Assembly (NCBI GenBank): GCA_046706745.1
Contig: JBJKPC010000016.1
Coordinates: 95,561-159,560, forward strand
Direction of reading: 5' to 3'
Source of the DNA: Candidatus Kryptoniota bacterium
GTDB taxonomy: Bacteria > Bacteroidota > Ignavibacteria > Kryptoniales > JAKASW01
Length of the DNA stretch: 64,000 bases
Shown one piece after another: positions 58,944 through 64,000 of this stretch. The translations under genes were made by a program, and so were the position numbers. Under the pieces are notes generated by a model. That model had not been told where the DNA came from. It saw only the letters and a list, made by a program, of their open reading frames with translations, and did not search any database. How positions within the stretch are numbered: position 1 is the stretch's first letter; every line of letters begins with the position of its first letter.

Positions 58944-61654
58944 TGGCAAAGATATTTGTAGACAATAAAGAGTACGAAATAAAGGACGGCAAGAACCTAC
59001 TCGATGCATGTCTTACCCTCGGACTCAACCTCCCTTACTTCTGCTGGCATCCTGCGATGGGATCGGTTGGGGCGTGCAGGCAGTGCGCCGTCAAGCAGTA
59101 CAGGGACGAAAACGACACCAGAGGGCGTCTAGTAATGGCTTGTCTGACTCAGGCTGCGGACGGGACACGCATTTCTATCGATGATGAAGAAGCCCGTCAG
59201 TTTCGCGCTGGTGTAATCGAAGGACTGATGACGAACCACCCTCACGATTGTCCCGTATGCGACGAGGGCGGTGAATGCCATCTCCAGGACATGACCGTCA
59301 TGACCGGACACAACTACCGGCAGTACGAATATCTGAAGAGAACGTTTAGAAATCAGGATTTGGGTCCGCTCGTCAACCAGGAAATGAACAGATGCATCCA
59401 GTGTTACAGATGCACACGTTTTTATAATGACTATGCCGGCGGCCATGATTTCGGGCCTTTCATCCTGAGAGATATAGTTTTCTTCGGAAGACAGGCCGAC
59501 GGCACTTTGGAAAGCGAATTCAGCGGCAATCTCGTCGAAGTCTGTCCAACGGGTGTTTTTACTGACAAGACTCTGAAGCAGCATTACACACGCAAGTGGG
59601 ACCTGACGACGGCACCTTCGGTCTGCGTCAACTGCGGTCTCGGCTGCAACACGATAGCAGGCGAAAGGTACGGCGGGCTTCGCAGGATCAGGAACCGCTA
59701 TAACAGCGAGGTCAACGGCTACTTCCTATGCGATCGGGGAAGGTACGGATACGAGTTTGTGAACGATGAGAAACGGATAAGACATCCGATGATGCGCGGA
59801 AGCCGAGATGAATATCTGTCGCCTGTCACTAAAGAGTCCGCCATGAAGGAATTTGCCAGGATTCTCTCCAGCGGGAGGACAATAGGTATCGGATCGCCCC
59901 GTGCCTCGCTTGAATCCAACTTTGCCCTGCGAACCCTCGTCGGTCCCGACAATTTCTTCTCCGGTATGAATGCCGAAGAGCAACGACTCGTGAAACTGAT
60001 GATTGATAACCTGACACACGGTCCGGCGAAGTCGGCTTCTATGAAGGAAGTGCGTGAGGCGGATGCCGTTCTCATTATCGGCGAAGACGTAACGAACACG
60101 GCTCCTATGCTCGATCTGTCGATCAGGCAGGCCGCCAGAAACAAACCGATTGAGAAGGCAAAGAAACTCCGCGTTCCTGAATGGGACGATAAGTCCGTGA
60201 GGGAAGTACTTCAGGATGAACATGGCCCGATCTTCATCCTCAACATCAGTGAGACAAAGCTCGATGAAATATCCTCAGCCACATTCCACGGAACTCCTGA
60301 TGAAATTGCGCGGTTTGCCTTCGCCGTCGCGAACGAGATCGACCGCAGTGCGCCGAAAGTTTCTGGACTCGGGAAGGATCAGAATGATTCAGTGAAGGCA
60401 ATCGCGGCCGCATTGAAGGACGCGAGAAGACCGCTCGTGGTCTCCGGCTACGGATGCCGCAGTGAAGCGGTTATTGAAGCCGCCGCGAACGTAGCGTGGT
60501 CTTTGTGCAAGTCCGGGAAAGAAGCCAAGATCGCTTATACCATGCCGGAAGCCAACAGCTTTGGCTCCGCGCTTCTTGAAAGCAGGACGCTTGAAGATGC
60601 CGAAAAACTGGTGGCAGATGGGTCTGTCAAGAATGTCATCATACTTGAAAACGATATTTCAAGGCGCGGGAGCCCGGCCACGATCAAAAAACTTCTTGGT
60701 GCGGGGACCGGCATCGTGGTGCTCGATTCGCTTTTGAATGACACTTCGGAGCGCGCGACTCTTGTCCTGCCCGCTGCTACATTTGCGGAGAGTAACGGCT
60801 CGTTCGTCAGCAGTGAGGGAAGGGCGCAGAGATTCTTTCAGGTCTTCCCGGCCAAAGACGATATTACGGACAGCTGGAAATGGCTCGGGGAGATAATGGT
60901 GGCTGCCGAACGCTCTTCGGGAGAAGTGTGGCGGAATTATGATGCAATATTGGCAGCAATGGCGAATGCATTCCCCGCATTTGAGAAGCTTAAAGATCTG
61001 GCACCACCGGTGGATTTCCGTATAGCCGGACAAAAGATTGCACGAGAGGCGCACAGGTACAGCGGCCGGACGGCAATCCTGGCGAATATCAAGGTAAGCG
61101 AACCCAAGCCGCCTGACGACACCGACACCCCGTTTACTTTTACGATGGAAGGCTATCAGGAGGAGGGGCCTTCATCGGTAATCCCGCGGTACTGGGCGCC
61201 GGGCTGGAATTCTGTTCAGTCTCTCAACCGCTTCCAGGAAGAGGTGGCCGGTCCGCTGCGTGGCGGCGATCCGGGAAAACGCCTGATTGAACCGGGCACG
61301 AATGCCCGTCCGGATTATTTCCGGGATATTCCGGCATCCTTCTCACCCGTCAAAGGGGAATGGCTCGTCGTTCCGATGAATCACATCTTCGGATCGGAGG
61401 AACTGAGCGTCTACACGCACGGTATTCGCCAGCTTTCGCCTCAGCCGTATGTAGCTCTTAATCCGGAAGATGCCCGATCTATCGGAGCTGAGCCTGGAAA
61501 CGATGTCGAGGTCAACATAGGCGCAGAAACGATCAGTGTTTTGCTGAAAGTTGTCCCGTCTCTTCGAAGCGGAACCGCGGGGCTGCCCGTTGGATTGCCT
61601 TCTTTTCATGTCTCCGGTGCAATTGGACAATTGTGTAGAGTTGGGAAGAGGTAA
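58940..61654 (+). CDS. nuoG: NADH-quinone oxidoreductase subunit G (long form)
   Basis: ATG 58940 overlaps the nuoF stop (ATGA). 2Fe-2S pattern CWHPAMGSVGACRQC; 4Fe-4S patterns HPHDCPVCDEGGEC and CIQCYRC. A molybdopterin-oxidoreductase-like remainder follows. Confidence 0.9.
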   Translation: MMAKIFVDNKEYEIKDGKNLLDACLTLGLNLPYFCWHPAMGSVGACRQCAVKQYRDENDTRGRLVMACLTQAADGTRISIDDEEARQFRAGVIEGLMTNHPHDCPVCDEGGECHLQDMTVMTGHNYRQYEYLKRTFRNQDLGPLVNQEMNRCIQCYRCTRFYNDYAGGHDFGPFILRDIVFFGRQADGTLESEFSGNLVEVCPTGVFTDKTLKQHYTRKWDLTTAPSVCVNCGLGCNTIAGERYGGLRRIRNRYNSEVNGYFLCDRGRYGYEFVNDEKRIRHPMMRGSRDEYLSPVTKESAMKEFARILSSGRTIGIGSPRASLESNFALRTLVGPDNFFSGMNAEEQRLVKLMIDNLTHGPAKSASMKEVREADAVLIIGEDVTNTAPMLDLSIRQAARNKPIEKAKKLRVPEWDDKSVREVLQDEHGPIFILNISETKLDEISSATFHGTPDEIARFAFAVANEIDRSAPKVSGLGKDQNDSVKAIAAALKDARRPLVVSGYGCRSEAVIEAAANVAWSLCKSGKEAKIAYTMPEANSFGSALLESRTLEDAEKLVADGSVKNVIILENDISRRGSPATIKKLLGAGTGIVVLDSLLNDTSERATLVLPAATFAESNGSFVSSEGRAQRFFQVFPAKDDITDSWKWLGEIMVAAERSSGEVWRNYDAILAAMANAFPAFEKLKDLAPPVDFRIAGQKIAREAHRYSGRTAILANIKVSEPKPPDDTDTPFTFTMEGYQEEGPSSVIPRYWAPGWNSVQSLNRFQEEVAGPLRGGDPGKRLIEPGTNARPDYFRDIPASFSPVKGEWLVVPMNHIFGSEELSVYTHGIRQLSPQPYVALNPEDARSIGAEPGNDVEVNIGAETISVLLKVVPSLRSGTAGLPVGLPSFHVSGAIGQLCRVGKR

Positions 61655-61658
61655 CGAT

Positions 61659-62612
61659 TTGAGCCAGACTCTGATATACTGGATCATAGACGTCGGGGTA
61701 TTATTTGTCGCTCTGACCATTGCGGCAAATCTGATTTGGGTCGAACGACGACTCCTCGCGCTCTGGCAGGACAGGTATGGACCCAACAGGGTCGGCCCGT
61801 TCGGTCTGTTCCAGGTAATTGCCGATACCATCAAGCTTCTTGCGAAAGAGGATTGGATACCGCCATTTGCCGACAAACCGATCTTCGTCATCGCGCCGGC
61901 AATTGTCATGATCACGGTCCTCTTCTCGTATACCGTTGTCCCGTTCACTTCGGGTATACAAATTGTGGACCTGAACATCGGGCTCCTGTTTTTTCTGGCG
62001 ATGTCTTCGATGGGGGTATACAGTGTCGTACTCGGGGGGTGGGCTTCGTCGAACAAGTACTCGCTCTTGGGCGGGTTGCGCGCTGCCTCGCAGATGATCG
62101 GCTATGAAGTGTTCATGGGACTTTCCCTGATGGGAGTTGTAATGATGGCCGGATCGTTCAGTCTCAAAGCTATTGTCGAAGCGCAGCGGCAAATGTGGTT
62201 CATCGTACCGCAGTTCATCGGTTTCATCGTCTTTCTTATCGCGGGTGCGGCAGAGGCACGGAGAATTCCGTTCGATTTGCCGGAAGCAGAAAGTGAGCTG
62301 ATCGCGGGATTCCATTCAGAATATTCGAGCATGAAATTCGGCGTGTTCTTTGTCGGTGAGTATCTCGGGATCACGCTGATCTCCGCGATGATAGCGACGC
62401 TCTTTCTCGGCGGGTGGATGGGCCCGTGGTTTCCGCCGATAGTCTGGTTTCTCATAAAGACCTTTGCGTTCATAGGCCTTTTCGTATTGTTCAGGGCAAC
62501 GTTCCCGCGGCCGAGGTTCGACCAGCTTCTCGCTTACGGATGGAAGCTCCTTCTTCCGCTATCACTGGCAAATCTGCTCGTGACGGGAGCGATAATTTTG
62601 ATGACAAGGTAA
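61659..62612 (+). CDS. nuoH: NADH-quinone oxidoreductase subunit H
   Basis: [30 protein letters not shown] and [21 protein letters not shown] place the start at TTG 61659, just after the nuoG stop. The ORF-track ATG at 61551 would overlap nuoG by ~100 nt. Confidence 0.85.
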   Translation: MSQTLIYWIIDVGVLFVALTIAANLIWVERRLLALWQDRYGPNRVGPFGLFQVIADTIKLLAKEDWIPPFADKPIFVIAPAIVMITVLFSYTVVPFTSGIQIVDLNIGLLFFLAMSSMGVYSVVLGGWASSNKYSLLGGLRAASQMIGYEVFMGLSLMGVVMMAGSFSLKAIVEAQRQMWFIVPQFIGFIVFLIAGAAEARRIPFDLPEAESELIAGFHSEYSSMKFGVFFVGEYLGITLISAMIATLFLGGWMGPWFPPIVWFLIKTFAFIGLFVLFRATFPRPRFDQLLAYGWKLLLPLSLANLLVTGAIILMTR

Positions 62613-62616
62613 GATC

Positions 62617-63132
62617 ATGTTCAGCTATGTAGTCGGTTTATGGAAAGTTTTCCTTCACATGTTCAATAAACGCGTTACGGTACAATACCCGGAAAAGAAA
62701 GCATATCTCCCGCCTCGCTGGAGAGGACGCATCATCCTCTCGCGGGACCCGGACGGGGAAGAACGATGCGTCGCATGCTATTTGTGTGCCGCCGCGTGTC
62801 CGGTCGACTGCATATCTCTTCAGGCTACTGAAGACGAGAACGGACGAAGATATCCGGAATTCTTCAGGATTAATTTCTCTCGCTGTATTTTCTGCGGCTT
62901 CTGTGAAGAAGCTTGTCCGACATATGCAATTCAGCTTATCCCCGATTTCGAGATGGGTGAATACAACAGGCAGAATCTGGTTTATGAAAAGGAACACCTC
63001 TTGATAGACGGTGAAGGAAAGTATCCCGGGTATAACTTCTATCGCGTCGCGGGGCTTAAGATCGGCGGAAAAGACAAAGGCGAGGCGGAAAACGAAGCAC
63101 CACCGGTTGACTTGAAAAGCTTGATGCCGTGA
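62617..63132 (+). CDS. nuoI: NADH-quinone oxidoreductase subunit I
   Basis: Two ferredoxin-type clusters, [12 protein letters not shown] and [12 protein letters not shown]. Confidence 0.95.
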   Translation: MFSYVVGLWKVFLHMFNKRVTVQYPEKKAYLPPRWRGRIILSRDPDGEERCVACYLCAAACPVDCISLQATEDENGRRYPEFFRINFSRCIFCGFCEEACPTYAIQLIPDFEMGEYNRQNLVYEKEHLLIDGEGKYPGYNFYRVAGLKIGGKDKGEAENEAPPVDLKSLMP

Positions 63133-63163
63133 TGGACGAAGAAAAAGTTAACGAGCAAGTGGA

Positions 63164-63688
63164 TTGGATATGAATGTCGCGTTCTACATTTCTGCGGTCG
63201 TGGCGATTCTGTCGACCGTCATGGTGATAACGAGAAGAAATGCCGTTCATGCGCTCCTCTATCTCGTGGTCTCCCTTCTTTCCGTCGCTGTGATCTTTTT
63301 CGTCCTTGGAGCTCCGTTTGTCGCCGCATTGGAAGTCATTATATATGCAGGCGCCATAATGGTTCTGATAGTTTTCGTAATGATGATGCTGAATCTCGGA
63401 TCTTACGCCGTGGAAGCCGAGAAAAAGCTCCTAAAAGGGGGAATATGGATCGGACCTTCGATCCTTGCCGGGATTCTGCTGGTCGAGCTTGCTTATCTAA
63501 TGTTCTCCGGACCGGGGGGCGACCAAATGAGGCGAGGCATCGGACCCAGGGAGGTCGGCATGTCGCTATTCGGCCCGTACCTGATAGGTGTGGAACTTGC
63601 CTCTATGCTTCTTCTCGCCGGACTGGTCGGTGCGTATCATCTCGGACGAAAGGATGCGATGGTCTCTGAAAGCAGGGGAGGGAATTAA
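63164..63688 (+). CDS. nuoJ: NADH-quinone oxidoreductase subunit J
   Basis: Five TM helices, [16 protein letters not shown]...[12 protein letters not shown], and its position in the operon. Confidence 0.85.
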   Translation: MDMNVAFYISAVVAILSTVMVITRRNAVHALLYLVVSLLSVAVIFFVLGAPFVAALEVIIYAGAIMVLIVFVMMMLNLGSYAVEAEKKLLKGGIWIGPSILAGILLVELAYLMFSGPGGDQMRRGIGPREVGMSLFGPYLIGVELASMLLLAGLVGAYHLGRKDAMVSESRGGN

Positions 63689-63996
63689 TGGCCACGGTTG
63701 CGACAAACCAGGTCCTCTTCCTTGCCGCGATTCTCTTTGCTTTAGGACTGGCCGGAGTTCTGACGAGAAGGAACATCATGTTCCTTTTGCTCTCGATCGA
63801 AATTATGCTGAATGCCGCCGGACTTGCTTTCGTTGCAGCCGGCTCGAAATGGGGTCAGCCCGACGGACAGGTCATGTTCATATTTATCCTTGCCATGGCG
63901 GCATCTGAAGTATCGGTAGGTCTTGCGCTAATACTCCAGCTATACCATAAATACAAGACGCTCGACGTCGACGTTGCGAACAAGATGAGAGGGTGA
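63688..63996 (+). CDS. nuoK: NADH-quinone oxidoreductase subunit K
   Basis: A 102-aa, three-TM protein with [15 protein letters not shown] and [15 protein letters not shown] overlap with nuoJ. Confidence 0.9.
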   Translation: MATVATNQVLFLAAILFALGLAGVLTRRNIMFLLLSIEIMLNAAGLAFVAAGSKWGQPDGQVMFIFILAMAASEVSVGLALILQLYHKYKTLDVDVANKMRG

Positions 63997-64000
63997 CGTG

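Noticed and set aside
1-64000. Search by eye for CRISPR repeats, transposases/integrases, toxin-antitoxin pairs, reverse transcriptases and restriction-modification or other defence genes.
   Set aside because: Nothing resembling these was found in any frame. The window looks like core or metabolic chromosome rather than a mobile or defence island.

Overview
This is a densely coding chromosomal segment, almost entirely on the plus strand, with only three minus-strand genes. I recognised no rRNA, tRNA, CRISPR array, transposase, integrase or known defence system by eye. All family names below come from motif recognition, not from searches.

Lineage (inference only): five proteins end in the canonical T9SS type-A sorting domain (NYPNPFNP(T/A)T...GVYFY.L.AG....KKM.LLK). 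Most genes also keep strong AAGGAGG-type Shine-Dalgarno sites. Together these suggest a non-Bacteroidia member of the FCB superphylum, Ignavibacteriota/Kryptoniota-like.

Gene order:
1. 1-3.8 kb: the tail of a surface protein with a divergent sorting domain, a PorV/PorQ-like barrel, and a triple starch-binding-module protein.
2. 4-12 kb: a coupled four-gene set. It comprises a GH66-like hydrolase, a 14-blade propeller, a BNR/Ycf48-like propeller, and an SGNH-TPR membrane protein.
3. 12.2-20.3 kb: an alpha-glucan module. It comprises a T9SS GH13, a SurA-like chaperone, an SLC45/GPH-type sugar symporter, and a second GH13.
4. 20.6-27 kb: two soluble PAS-GAF-PAS histidine kinases with different transmitter classes, plus a NarL-type regulator.
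5. 27.1-28.8 kb: a small secreted protein and a PAP2 phosphatase on the minus strand.
6. 29-49.4 kb: a chitin/GlcNAc locus. It holds a ROK regulator, a CBM9-like protein, a NagB-LmbE fusion, a TonB-dependent receptor, and a T9SS beta-helix protein. It continues with a GH18 remnant, an AmpG-like permease, a GH94 phosphorylase, a GH18 chitinase, and a VPS10/BNR protein.
7. 49.8-53.8 kb: rpiB, a transaldolase-PGI fusion, and a HAD hydrolase.
8. 54.3-64 kb: nuoA-K with fused nuoCD.

The most unusual items:
- the uncharacterised GH66/propeller/propeller/SGNH-TPR operon;
- the cargo-adjacent PorV paralog;
- a SusD-less phosphorolytic chitin locus;
- a roughly 620-nt non-coding leader with nested helices upstream of the TonB-dependent receptor.
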